NCBI GenBank assembly: GCA_003971905.1
Contig: RSEE01000012.1
Coordinates: forward strand, 620,001-684,000
Reading direction: 5' to 3'
DNA: 64,000 bases
Source: Moniliella sp. 'wahieum'
Taxonomy: Eukaryota
In this document: positions 1 through 12,421 of the stretch, piece by piece
Layout: the number at the start of each line of letters is the position of its first letter
Position numbering within the stretch: the first letter of the stretch is position 1
The notes under the pieces: model-generated
The model's database searches: none
What the model was told of the DNA's origin: nothing
The model's input: the letters and a program-made list of their open reading frames with translations, nothing else
Position numbers and translations under genes: made by a program

Positions 1-231
1 GCATTTTCCCTTTTTTCGAGGAGATAGCAGACAAGTTGTAATACACGCGCCCCAGTGGCAAGCCGGGCCAGGAATTCCAGGGGACCCCGAAAGGCGAAAG
101 GGGATGGTTATAGCTCCGGACCAAGGCACATCAAGCGGATCATGAATGGAAGAGAGAAGAAAAGGCAAGGGAAGTACACTAAGCGACCGAACATACTACA
201 AACACTGTATGGGAGATGTCAGTTGCCGAAC

Positions 232-3200
232 CTACGCCTCTGCGTCTGGTTCCGCTTCCGCCTCGCCCGACGTCAGAAGAGGTTCTGTCGCCGCATCAAC
301 AGGCACAGCGTTGCCTGCCACAAGACCAACAAGGACTGGCCAATAGGTCGCCATGAGCGCCTTGAGCGGGACCGAGACCGCCAGCACAGCTGCCCCCCCA
401 AACAGGGCAACGGCCCACCCGATGGGCGGTGCATCCCATTGTGGGTCGTAGGGGAAGGGTGCATCAACAAGTAGCACGCCCCCACCCACACCAGGGGGCC
501 GGACAAGCTGGATACCACGGTCGAGGACGTGAACGGCTGGGAGCCCGCTCTTAGACGGGCCAGTGGCACCCAGCACCCCGATAGCCACCGTTTGGTTCGC
601 AGGTACGGTCGGTGGTGTCCATGCCCCAGTTTGCACCTCGCCTTCCACAGGAAGGATACGGATAGAAAGTTGATTGAGCCGGTGATTCGCACATGTGCCC
701 CATGTCGCTCCGTCGGTCAAATCCACCGGTACCAGTGAAGCACGCTCAAAGGCGCTCGGCCCATCTCCTGGCGGTGCCGGGGGCCAAACTTTCTTCTTTC
801 CCCATTCAACGGGGGCGTCGACCGGAGCACAGTCCTCCGTCGCACCGGGGAGCTTGAGAATGTGTCTGGAGACAAACGATTCTCTTTCCTCCGAGTTGTT
901 GCGAAGCAGGGCAAGCAAATCGGGCGTGAATGCTCGTGAAATGGGGGACACCACAACATAGGGCCTGGGCAATTCAGCAGGTGAGGCAACGGTGGAGTTG
1001 TATGTCAACCCGAGAATGTGGGCAAATCGTGTTGTTGCAACCATCTCATGCATCTCAACCAGACCTGAAGAGAGTAACAAGTCCGCCTGCAAAAATGAAA
1101 GGAATGGTTGGTTTACCACAGCAGATAACAAGAGAAAAGTGAGAACAAAGGACGTACGATAGTAACGGTCAAGTTAGCGGGAAAGATGAGAGTGTCACCA
1201 AGTGTAAGGGTCCCGCGTTGGTGAGAATGTCATGTACTCCTTCGAGGTTGGCAGATCGATCCCACCTCTCAGGGGTGAAGACCTGATGACTCGGGGATGT
1301 AGCCGGGTCATTGGGCTCCAGTGTGACAAGAGTGAGGTTTCCCCCTTCCAAGGTAGGATAGGACTGATTCGCAGCCGAGACGAACGCGAACGGCTGTTGA
1401 ACACTCGATTGCTTCTTGCCTGGTGAGTTGGGCAGCTGAGGGAATCGGGACGTGTAGACCACGTCATGCACAAACGTCGCTTGGATTAAATGATCCAGCT
1501 TCCCGTCACATGGACCAATGCGTTACGGAACAATTCACCCAATGTGGAGGGGGATATGCCTCATCTCGCGGGATCAGCCCCGTGACCCTGTTGCTCTGAA
1601 GGAGAAGGGCCTCGGTCTGATTGGCCGCGGCCAGCCAAGCACCGAATGTGCCGATCGGAACAGGGGACCGGCTGGTACTAATATCCTTCAGTACCTCGGA
1701 CACACTCCCAGGCGGAGTGAGAGCATCCTTCAACAACCAGACCACATCTTGCCTCGCTCCTACCAGCAACGGCTCCATCGTCTGCACCTCTCTCCCGCCA
1801 AATGTGATGGTCGTCGTCAGGGGAGACGTCTCCCCAGCTTGCACACGCACATCCAGCCGCTGCCTTTCTCCCCCAAGACCAGAAGGACGCAGTTCGGTCG
1901 TTACTAGGCGCCGCGTCGTTCCCCGACGAGTCAAGTTGGCTAACCCCCACCCGGTAGGGAGGAGGTGGTACTGCAACTGCTCTTTCTGATCACCAAGGGC
2001 AGCCGAGTCGGGCGCAGCCAAGATGGTCAGTTGAGGAGGAACTTTAGCCTCGGCATGGGGAAAGGGGAGACGAGGGCGAGCAGGCCAATCGTCTTCGGGG
2101 TTATCAGGGTCTTCGTACGTCGGCCAAGCCGGCTGGGCGATGGCCCAACTCAACCCGTTCTGGTGCAGTAAAGTGGCAAACTTGCCCGCTCCACGAGCCA
2201 CAAGAACACGATGCACATTCATCGGAAGGATGGCCTTGGCTGGAGGAGGTAGGTAGGGGGACAAGGGCGCCCCCAGGAGATGCACTACTCCATTCTCCAC
2301 CAAGATCGTCTCTTCGACCACCAGAACAGGACCAAGCTGTGTCCTCCCGGAGGCATGGGAGAGAGTATAAGTACCTCCCAATGTCATAACGATATCTTGC
2401 TCCTTGGCGATCGAAGGCCGGTAGAGGGTGTGTTCACCAGCGACCATGTGCCAAGCAAGGAATTTGGCTCGATCATGAGCGGCGAGTGTCTCGTTAGAGT
2501 TGTATAGCCAAGCAAGCTCATCAGGGGTCACGCGAACGGGATTGTCGGAAGGGGAGGAAGAGTGGGAGGAAGAAGTGGAGGTGAAAGCCTCGTCCGAAGG
2601 GAAAAAGGCAGTCAACGCACGGGAACTCAATGGGACGGGCAAAGGGGATTTTCCCATACCGAGATCAATAAGGTGAGAGAGGGAGGTGAGTTGCGGGTGA
2701 GACTTGATCATCTTGGGCAATGGTGGTGGCGGCTCCAAAACCGCATCCACAGCCACTACCACACCCCTACTGCAGTTGACCGCGTAGACGCCCATGGCGG
2801 TACGGGCGATGGCTGGCGCATCCCCCTTTCGACCATAAGACCAACCGAATGTCGCTTCCTTCCCCGATTGAACAAACACCTTTTGGTTCCCATTGAGCAG
2901 CGGCTCCCCAGCCCCCTCCCCTCCGTCTCCGCCTCCACCGGGACCCTGATTGCGGGGGATGTAGAGAGTGGTCTCGAGCTGCCGCGCACCATTATCGGGA
3001 TTCTTCAAATCTTCAACCAGATCTCGACTAATTATATGGTAACGCAAAAGCCCGTTGAGCTGGGTGTTGATATTGTCTTGGGCGGTAACGTCGGCGCTGA
3101 AAAGCGGCGACAGGGCGGAAAGGAAGTCCTCATCAGCCTCCTGAGCAAAAGCAAGTTGCACGGCGCGTGGCCACGCCGAGTCAACAGGTGCTATGACGGT

Positions 3201-3413
3201 GAGGTTGATACCCTTGTGTTGAAGACTGTTGATGGCGGGGATCAAGCGTGCGCGCTGCAAAAGGCGGACCAAGATGCGGTGGTCGGGCGACGCGTTGAGC
3301 ACATCCAATACGTTCGACGAGCCCACATCGGGCGGGAAGGGATGGACGGGAAGCGCACCGGCCAGCACCGCCATCGCTCCGCCCAGGACGGAGAGAAGCA
3401 GCGCCAGACGCAT
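232..3413 (-). CDS. Multi-FAS1 (fasciclin) domain secreted/membrane protein
   Basis: Signal peptide MRLALLLSVLGGAMAVLAG from ATG 3413. Repeated FAS1 motifs: LTVIAPVDSAW, LLRYHII, GVVVAVDAVL, LTAFFPSDEAF, NGVVHLL, LTILAAPDSA, LQYHLL. Continues across a frameshift near 1560 and a GTACGT..CAG intron (~1087-1157) into ORF 232..1131, which has a C-terminal hydrophobic segment. Confidence 0.8.
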
Positions 3414-4088
3414 GGCGCGCACCAGGGCTAGCGAGATGAAGGCGGTGATGGGGGTGGGTGGGGGTGGTGGCGAGTCTGGGTAGGTGGTGGTCACCCAGCT
3501 CGGGGGGCAGCTGTGGGCAGCCACATGATGCGTGATGCATGATGCCTGGACTGACGGCCTGCCTTAGGACCGCATGACGTAATTGCGCTGGCAGCCGGTC
3601 GGTCTGTGCGCGCTCAGCCGCTCCACGAGCTTCAATAGCGGCGTGGTTGATTAATGTAGGTTTGGCTGTGTGGATGTGTTAGGGTGCTCGCGCAGCAGGC
3701 ACAAACGGCGCAGGCACAACAGAGCAGCACAGCGACGTGATCTGTTGCAACAACACCACATGTTTGGGCGACGTCCAGCCCTCCCTGTCAACACACACGC
3801 TGGATCTAACCCACAGGAGTTCGTGCATGGATATATGCGACCCCTGTGGTCTCTTTTCTCTGTTATCGTGACCCATCGGGGACGCGGGCAGCCCCGATTC
3901 AATCCAACATCATGTATCGTGTACTCCCTCTATAGTGATGATGGCCATTCCAACACCTGAGTACATGGTAACATTGATATGTTGATCATCCTTCGGCACA
4001 CCCTCTCGAGTACTGTGCGATCCCATGGAAAATATGAAAAGAAGTGAGTTTCGCGCACATCTCGCTCAAACGGCTTGACAATAAAGGG

Positions 4089-5886
4089 TTACGCGTGGGC
4101 GGAAGATGAGGGAACAGGGGCAATGGCCTGTCGCTGCAAGCGACGTTTCCTCCTCCTTCGTCGAGGTGCGATGGTATGTTTCTGCTCGCCCCAAACCATG
4201 ACACAAAATCCACAAAGAATCAAAGCGCACCCGATCAAGCCCAAGAAGGTGGGATGGCTACCCAAGGCCACATCTGCCACCTGCACCAGGATGGTGGTGA
4301 GCAGACATGAGACCGATGCAAGTACAGGCCCCCACAGGCCAAGCAAGATCGCTAGTACAAAACACAGGTTAGCTGGCAGTCGCCGGTACAAGAGAAGCAC
4401 GTACAGAAGCAAGCGTTAAACACAATCCCAAAGCCCGCCACACAGGCAAGGCTAACATACACCATGGGGTTTTGAGGGAGCTCGAACGGTTCCCAGTCCA
4501 TAATGTGCGCCAGGAGAACAACAGTCCACAGAAAGACAGCAGTGCAGAACCCAATAAGAGAAGTGACCAGACTGGCATGCAAACCAAAGGGGAGCGTCGG
4601 CGGGTGAGGGTCCCATCGTGCCCCATCCCGCTTGCGGGGGCGGGGAACTGGCAACGTTGTGCCTTCCGAAATGGTGGGCAAGCCTGCGTCTTCGCCATCC
4701 AGGGAGCTAGGTCGGGGTGCACCCAATGCACGCCCGCCGGTACTGCCCTCGGCATCTGTATCGGGAAGGGGCCAAGTCCTGCCGGAGCCAAGAGTGGTCT
4801 GAGTGGGAAAACGCTTGAAGTCGCTGTCACCCTGGATGGTGCTGCCGTCCAAGTCAGTTTCCGCATCGGTTTCCGTCTCAGTCTCGGTCTCGGTCTCGGT
4901 GTCAGTGTAGATCTGGGATTCGCGTAGACCCGCCGTATTATCCAGATCAGACTGGGGTGGTGGGAGAGGCTCGAGAGGTGGAAGCATATTTTCCCCTGGC
5001 AGCGTACCGAGCAACTTGAACAAAACTTCATACAGGCCCATGCTGATCGCTCCGAGCAGGGCAAGAAGGTCGCCTAGCAGGGCATTCGGGTACGGTGTGT
5101 CTTCCGTTTCCGTGCCACCATAGGCTGTCACGGTCACGCCCAGCACCGCGACGGCTGTGGCGATCACTTGAATGCCCGCCACTCGTCGCCCAAAATCCAG
5201 ACACTAAACACCAAGGCGGCTAGTGCATTGGTGTTATAAATAGCACTGATGTCACTCATGCGTGTGTATGGTACAGCCGCGTACCAGCTCATGGCCGCTA
5301 CGCCAACTCCAATGGTCAAGATGAAGCTTGAGCCCAAGCTGCGGAACAGCACTTGCGCGGTGGAAACGGCGGGCGGAGGCACAGCCCACATTTCTTTGAT
5401 TACCCGAGCGGCATCCTCGAGGTTTGCTTCGGCTGCTGTCGGAAGCGGTGGTGATGGGGCCTAGCAAGGACAGGGAGGGCCCGAGCATGCCATCGAATCG
5501 CCTTCCACATCCGCGGGAGGTAATACTTCCGGATGGACTTGCCCGTGCGGAGCTTGAGTCCGAGAAGATGAAGGGGGAGGATGAGAGGCAAACGTGCTGT
5601 GGCCCAGGTACAGGGACACAGAACGGGCTTGCGGTACCCCAATCCAGCTTGCACCCATGCCGCCGACTCGGTCTGGGCAGTGTAGGCAATCAAGCTGAGA
5701 ACGAACGCCCCTACGGCTGGATGGCCGCCCGGCAGCGCATCCAGCGCGGCAACCGCCCGCCGAGCAGGGGTAACGCCGGGCAGACGCTCCCACCAACGTG
5801 GAGCAGGTTCCGTGGGGCGCAATCGGGGTAGCAGGGGTGCGGGCCTCGGGCGCAGGGGGCAAGGACGCACTCGAGGGGCCCAGCAT
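4089..5886 (-). CDS. DMT superfamily (EamA/SLC35F, Thi74-like) transporter, frameshifted
   Basis: Stitched hydrophobic ORFs: AFVLSLIAYTAQTESAAWVQAGLGYRKP, SWYAAVPYTRMSDISAIYNTNALAALVFSVWIL, LLGDLLALLGAISMGLYEVLFK, LGLWGPVLASVSCLLTTILVQVAD. Long acidic cytosolic loop; probable intron ~4350-4408. Confidence 0.75.
4866..4902. repeat. 6-bp coding microsatellite encoding an ET repeat
   Basis: tcggtttccgtctcagtctcggtctcggtctcggtgtc; translates on the minus strand as DTETETETETET. Confidence 0.6.
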
Positions 5887-6169
5887 GGTGTGGAGCAAGG
5901 CCAGGAGGAGGCGGGGCGGGGGCGGCGTAGCAACTACTACGCCGGACGGAGTGGTGGTAGCTGGAGGGACCAGTGACCGGTGATGTTCCACGGGTGACCT
6001 GCGATCGGTGACAGGCTGGAAGCATGACAATCGAAGTCTCTTTGAATTCAACGTTCAAAAATCCTCATCGGTATCGCTTGGGTTCGTGCCTGGGCAGACG
6101 GATCTGTGACTCAGTTCTGAGGCTAAGCGCTGCGACGCTGAGGCTGAGGGCTACTGCGGCCTGCGGTCC

Positions 6170-6510
6170 CAGTGTCACATGCACGCGTCACGCGTCACGC
6201 GCCATGTGGGTGTGTGTCCCCTGTTGTTACGCGTCAGCATCATGCATCATGCATCATGCACCAGGGCCAGGTTTCGAGCCAACGTAGTCAACGTGGCCAA
6301 CGTCATGTCACGCATCATGCGTCACGCGTCACTAGTCACTCACTGGACTACACTGCGCCCGTCCTGGTCGTGCTCTTCCGACGTGTCTCTTGAAGCTTGA
6401 AGCTTGAGTAGCTTGAGCCAGTCACCTACTCACTAACTAGTGTTACTAGTTACTAGTCACTGGTCACTGGCAATCACCGGCCACATACAGCACGGTGACA
6501 TGTGACATGT
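6170..6510. repeat. Cluster of 7-bp-period palindromic micro-arrays
   Basis: (CACGCGT)n 6182-6201, (CATGCAT)n 6238-6260, (TGAAGCT)n 6391-6407, ACTAGT-T-ACTAGT 6445-6457, (GTGACAT)n 6495-6510. Confidence 0.8.
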
Positions 6511-6869
6511 TCCTACTCTGCGACCAACCGTGCCGAGCAAGCCCTGTGTGGCATCCCCTTGAGAGTCGCACCCACGACACCTCTAGCTGCCACCTTCGGA
6601 AGCTCAAGCACACCTCAAGAGCTATTGCATAAGCGCCCGCCGAAGATTGAAGGGCCCGTTTGGACCCGTTTTCCACCTCCGCTGAGCCGGTAGTCTTGGC
6701 TGTACCAATAAAACATCTGAGAGACAAAAGTATGGTATACACGCATTACGAATCGTGGGGACAAAATAGAAGGGTAGTAGCTGGATCATCAATCACAGCT
6801 CATTGAACAGAGGAAGGATAGATATGCCACAAGAGGCAACCGGAATTGCACGACCAAAGGCGGCGGTAA

Positions 6870-8647
6870 TTATGCCACGGGCGACTCCGAATGAGCTTCG
6901 TGCTCCTTGTCTTCCTTTTCCAAGTCCAGCGGCGCGACAGTGGCGATGTGCTTGTCGGCAAAGTCATTGTAGGGGAACGGCAAGGGATGTGCATCGGGCC
7001 GCACTCCCGTTGCAATCTCCACAATCTCGGGGTGGATGGTGGGGTAGGACCAACAAAGTGCCTCCGCGCCTCAAAGATCCAAGTCAACAGACAGAAGAGA
7101 GCGATCACGACTTCGACCACAATGGTCCAATTCATCTCGTTGCCCCCGGTCACCGGCACGGCGGTAGGGAAGAAGAAAAAGATGGTCGTGACCAAGTTGA
7201 AAGAGAGGGCAATCAGGTTGATCACCGGCCCGGCCCGACCAAGGTTCCAGCTCCGCTGTTGACCCGGCGGGACATACGCGTCGAGGATACCCCGGCCACG
7301 AAGAAGGATGATAACGACCGGGATCATGTAGGAGGTTTGGAAGTTGATAACGGACGAGTCCAGAATAGCACCGTAACCGGCCGGCGTGCCAAGGTAGATC
7401 AATCCAAAGACAGTCACCCAAAAACTGGTGAAGGTGATGGCCATGACGGGCGTGTGGAGGGTCTTGCTCTCATACTGCCACCAACGGTGGAAGAACAAGG
7501 CGCGGTCCATCGCTAGGGAATGGACGACACGCGAGGCTGCAGTGAGGATGCCCGTGGCAGCAAAACACATTGACAAGACGGGGAACATGATAAGACAGAT
7601 CGCACCGGCTTGATTGCGCGTAGCTTGGTACAGGATTTCCAGCAGGGGGCCCGCGCTCGACTCGATCACCGCGTCGTAGTTGGTCAAGCAAAAGAGCAAA
7701 ACGATGAGAAAGACAAGACTCAAGCTAGCGCCAAGCATGACAGCCATAACCATGACTGAAGAGAAACGGGGGTTAGTATATGGACGGGGGGGAAGACAGT
7801 GGAGAAATGTAGTAACGTACTTGCAGGAACGTACTTAGCCGGGTTGCTGACCTCCTCGGCAATGTGCAGTACGCCGTCGATGCCTAGTGGGCACAGAAGT
7901 GTTAGCGAATGAAGCGAGAGAGTATGTGGGGATCACAGACATACCAGTGAGGGAGAAGGCTGATTGAAGCAGGCCAAGAATCCAGGCCACGCCATCGGGC
8001 AGCCCAGTTTGGTTGACGAAAGAAGCAAAAACAAAGCGGCCAGTCTGGAATTTGCCCGAGGAGCAGGCAAGGCACACAATCGACATGACCGACACCGGCA
8101 ATCATCCACAGGAGGGAGGCGCGATTGACCATGTCAAGTAGCTTGATGCCAAACACATTGATGGCCCAGGCGCCAATGGTGAGGGCCAAGTAGATCAGGA
8201 AAACATGCCAGTTCTTCACCTCGTAGCTAGGATCGCGGAACGCGATGATGCCTGTAATGAATTGAGCAAAAATGGAGGAAGCCGAAGCTGTGACAGCGAT
8301 CCAGCCAGCACCGTTGATCCAAGCAGTGATGTAGGAGAGAACAACGCGGCGCTTGGTATACTCAATCCCTGGGGGTGCACAGAGCAGGTAAGCCCAACTC
8401 GAGACGCCAGACCAAATCGGGAGTACTGCGGCAATCTCGGCAAGTGAGAGGGCCATGCACAGGATTCCACACCAGCTAGCGACCATGCCCCAGTAACTGT
8501 TGGTCCACCCGACCCCAGTACAGTCGAGAGCGATCCGGATGCGGCGATGGCGCGAATTCAGAATAGACAGACTAACGCCCACGGCCGCCATAGGCCGAAG
8601 GACTTGCGCGGCATGGACGTAGGTGCCTCGCCAGGAACAAGTGGCAT
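6870..8647 (-). CDS. APC-family amino acid/choline/GABA permease (Hnm1/Uga4-like), frameshifted
   Basis: Motifs ALSLAEIAAVLP, SYITAWINGAGW, FVNQTGLPDGVAWILGLLQSAFSLTG, LTAASRVVHSLA, MNWTIVV. Introns ~7886-7943 and ~7757-7820. ATG 8647 (MPLVPGE); stop 6870 after a frameshift. Confidence 0.85.
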
Positions 8648-8653
8648 GGCAGC

Positions 8654-8675
8654 GGGGGGGGGGGGGGGGGGGGGG
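8654..8675 (+). repeat. Poly-G tract (22 nt); poly-C on the permease coding strand just 5' of the ATG
   Basis: Read directly from the sequence; homopolymer length is unreliable in this assembly. Confidence 0.85.
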
Positions 8676-10776
8676 ATGAGGCGGTTGGTTTGAAGTGTAG
8701 AGTTGGTAGCAATGTCAGCGGAAACGACGGTAGATGGTGCTCCTCGTTGCGTAGCTGGTAGCTTTTGGTGGTGGCAACACGAGGAGGGGCGGGGAGGGCA
8801 AGGAGTTAGGGACTCTGAGGAGGATGGGGAGTTAAGTGTGGTTGGGGAGAGAAGGAAAGAATCCCCATCCCTTGGTATCTGTCGGATTTATGGATCAAAA
8901 GATCATCGATCACCGAACAGGGCCCAACTTTGAAACGCGTGGCTGTTCGGAAGAGTGCGGCTCTGGGGGGCAGTGTGAGTATGACGCGGGACGCTGAGCG
9001 CGCTGTGCAACGGGGGAGTGGGAGGCCGAGATCTAACCCTGTCCCACAGATGGGGGTGGCTGACCCTGTGCAGAGGGGGCGGGCAGGCAGCGGGTAGGCC
9101 TGTGTTGCTGGCTTCGGGCTACACTGGCGCCTGGCCAAGAGACTGGAAAATGCCGAGCGAGCGGCGGCTCGATTTGGGCCAGGCGCGCTCTGTTCCCGGC
9201 CAGGTCTGATGAATGGGTCCGGTCACCGGTCAGATATAACTGGCAGTGCGTCAGGCTCAGCGCTTCCGCGCCCCGGTAGAACCTGGATGCGTTTACTAGT
9301 TGTTCCGTTGTTCTGCACCTCGTCGCACAGGGGCAGCCTGGAGCCGCGCGCTCAGGCTGAGCTCTCACAATTCGAGTTCCTGGGGTGACATGATGTGACG
9401 TGTGACATGCAGACGCGCTGACATACACTGGCGTGCTGCGATGCTGCGGATGTGGAGCACTGCGGCTTGGGCGAGTGATTCAGTGCGATGCCCTCCTGTT
9501 CCGGCGTTTGTGCCCGACGTCTCAGAATTAAGCCGCAGCGCTTCTGGCCCTTCTGATAAGCGCCCCAGCTTTCAAATTGCAACCTTCTGAGCATAGGACA
9601 GGGGGAGAGGCTGCTCCGACAGGCTCCGACCGACTGCCCTGGCTAGGCTATCTGCGCTCGGGACAACGTGCTAGTTCGCTACCGACATTTTCCTCTCTAC
9701 ACGGCGCGCCTTGGGGGCAGTGTCGCGCATATCATCCATGCCACTCCCACACACTGTTGACTACGTTTACTCCGTTGCGCGTTATCTGGGCCTCGTATTG
9801 ATGCGTAGCCAACCCCGCGCGGGCGCGCGAACCTTTCAACTTTCACATTTCATGTCCATTAGTTCAACGTTCATTTTCTTCCGCCAATGCGTAGACTGTG
9901 CATAAGGTAATCCACGCGCTTAGCTAAGCCGTTACCTGCCCAGCCCCACTCTCGGGTTTGTATCGTTGCAGCTCATCGAGCTCGCTGGATAGTTATTTTT
10001 TGGCCACCGCTGCCAGCTCCAAACCTTGCCCAACCCTGCGACTGGCGCGTCATTTCGTTGAACGAGATCTCAAGAGCGACAAGTTCTGGACTGGTCCCGG
10101 GTTTGACATCTCCCTGAAGCTTGAAGGGGGCTCTACACCGACATTATTGTGCCATATTATCCGGCTGCGGCCATTGACCCCACTCGTTCGACAAGCCCCC
10201 CTGATTGAGTCTCTCAGGGCGAGGTGTTGAACTTTAGCTGCGCGGATGGTGTTTCATCTCTCGAAAAATCCAGAAAGGTTGGGAGTGATCGGCCACAGAG
10301 GCCCTTAGGCTTGAGCCATGGCATGAGCGACGTGCAGTCCTGCCTATACTTCTACCATCTGTAAGCCAGGTAGAAATCATGGGCCCCACACCTGCTGTAT
10401 TCGTTGGGCCACAGCCCAAAATCCTCATGCGAGTCAGCTGACCTGCCGGTCCCAGTGATCACGCCCGGTCAATGACATGCTATAATGCTCCATTGAAGCG
10501 ATTCGCGGTGGCCGGAAAGTAGTGTCTGACTGTCCATGGCCTAGACCCCTTGGACTCCAGAGCTCTGACCTCTGTGACCTCTACGCGGGGGTCGTGATGT
10601 TTCTCTCTCCGTCGAGGGAGGATATGGACCGGGAGAAATTACTGGAGGAGACCTGTCAGATGTCAGACCTGAGGCTTGCCTGCAATCTGGACAGTCGTTG
10701 GACACCGCTGAAGAGGCATCGTGCTGGCATCACTGTCACTGGGGCCTGTCAACTGCGCCGATACATGGTCAAAACA

Positions 10777-11893
10777 TCAAATCATACTCAGGCGTTGGTA
10801 TGCAGGGCTGGCCGCCTCGTACTCGGTCAGGAAGATGCTGTCTTTTTTGGACGCGAGAAACCTACCATCACAAGTCAGGCCAGGCCCAAAGATTATGTGA
10901 AGAGATGGACGTACTGAAGCAAATCCTCAAGAAACCCTTTGAGCGCCAGCACCGCTTCCTGGTCCATGAAAGTGAGCGATACCAGGCGCGGCATATCGAT
11001 CAGTAGCCTAAGGAGGTGTTCTGCGCCATAGATGCTGCTTGGCTCGACCACATTCCATGGTTCATCCCCCTTTGCGCTGGCAGATAATTTCCTCTTTTTG
11101 ACGGGTGGGTCGTCTTCCTTTGGGACCAGTCCCTTCCCAGTCTTGAGATCCACGCCCTTCTCCATCCGCTCCTCGTACACCTTCTTCCGTTCCTGGGTAA
11201 GCTGGAGTCGTTCAAACTTGTAGAGCAGGCCATGAGACAGGGCAGCATCAAAGTACGTTTTCAAATCGGCCACCACTTCCTCCAGCAAAAGGGGCGGCAA
11301 GTCCTTGGAAGGTGATGCCAAGACATGGGCACGGTACTCCTCCAAAATCTCCATCACAGTAGGGGACCGTGGTAGTGGGACAAGACGGTTTTGTTTCGTC
11401 ACTCGTTCCCAGTCGTCTACGACTGGAGCTTGAGACTCTCTGGAAAGACAAGCCTCATTTCTGGTGTTTTGGCCTGCTCCTCTTCGATTTCGGCGTCCCG
11501 AGACCGCTTGGTGCTCCTGGTAGACTCTTTCTTCTTTGGGGGAGGCTCCTCAGCGCGCTCAGGTGCTTCGAGTAACCGCTTCTCCTCCTCCCTCCACCTC
11601 GTTTCCAGTTCCTTCTTCACCGCAAGATTTTCATCTGTCATTTTCAAAATCCGCGACTCCGAAACCCACTCGTCCCATCTGGTTGGCGTCAGAACTAGAA
11701 GCAGTAGGATGAGGGCGAGGAAGATGAGGCAAGCGACGTACGAGGTTTTCCATCCGACGTAGTGGACGAGGTAGTGGGGCCCAGTGTGTCCAGCAGGTTC
11801 TTCATCGCCCTTCTTGTCGAGTTTGAGGATCTTGGCAGGGTAGAGAAGTGAGCCGTGGTAGCACAGCACCTTTTCGTGCGCGGCAAATTGCAT
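10777..11893 (-). CDS. EAF3: Chromodomain/MRG protein, NuA4/Rpd3S subunit
   Basis: Chromo-barrel MQFAAHEKVLCYHGSLLYPAKI..HYLVHYVGWK..WDEWV. MRG motifs RLVPLPRSPTV, YFDAAL..LLYKFER, IYGAEHLLRLL. After an intron ~10862-10914 the last exon reads FLASKKDSIFLTEYEAASPAYQRLSMI*. Confidence 0.93.
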
Positions 11894-12421
11894 GGTGGTG
11901 GTGAGGATCCGACGCGACTCGCGACTTGGCCACAGCGGAGGGGCCAAATGAGAATGGTAATGATTAGGTAAGCGATGATCGCCGTCCCCTCATTAGCCTG
12001 ATTAATGATTGGCCTCAATAACCTCACTAACGTTCTGACTGCAAGTGGTGGCCTTTGGCGTAGTCTTTGAACGCCCTTTTCCGAGTGTCTGGACGGCATG
12101 CTAATAGAGGAGATTATAATTGAAAAGCGCACATTGGTGCAACCAAGATGTGTCGGGGTCGTCAAAACCTCTAAGTAGACATAAGAGGGAAGCATTGGGA
12201 CGGCAAAATGAATGAAGAGAGTGCCAGGGAGTGTGAGCTCCATGTCCTGCATAACGATCAAGGCGAAAAAGAAACGCAGCCACAGGGAGCGAGTTCAGTT
12301 GGTCTGCTAAAATAAATGGCGTTGAGATGGAAATAGTAAGGATTGCGGAAGATACGGTCGCATGGAGAGAGATGTACCAAAGTATGGAAATGTGCGAAAG
12401 GGATGCGCAAAGGCACACGGA

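Noticed and set aside
3935..3960. GTGATGA...CTGA as a box C/D snoRNA
   Set aside because: Only about 26 nt from box C to box D and no terminal stem.
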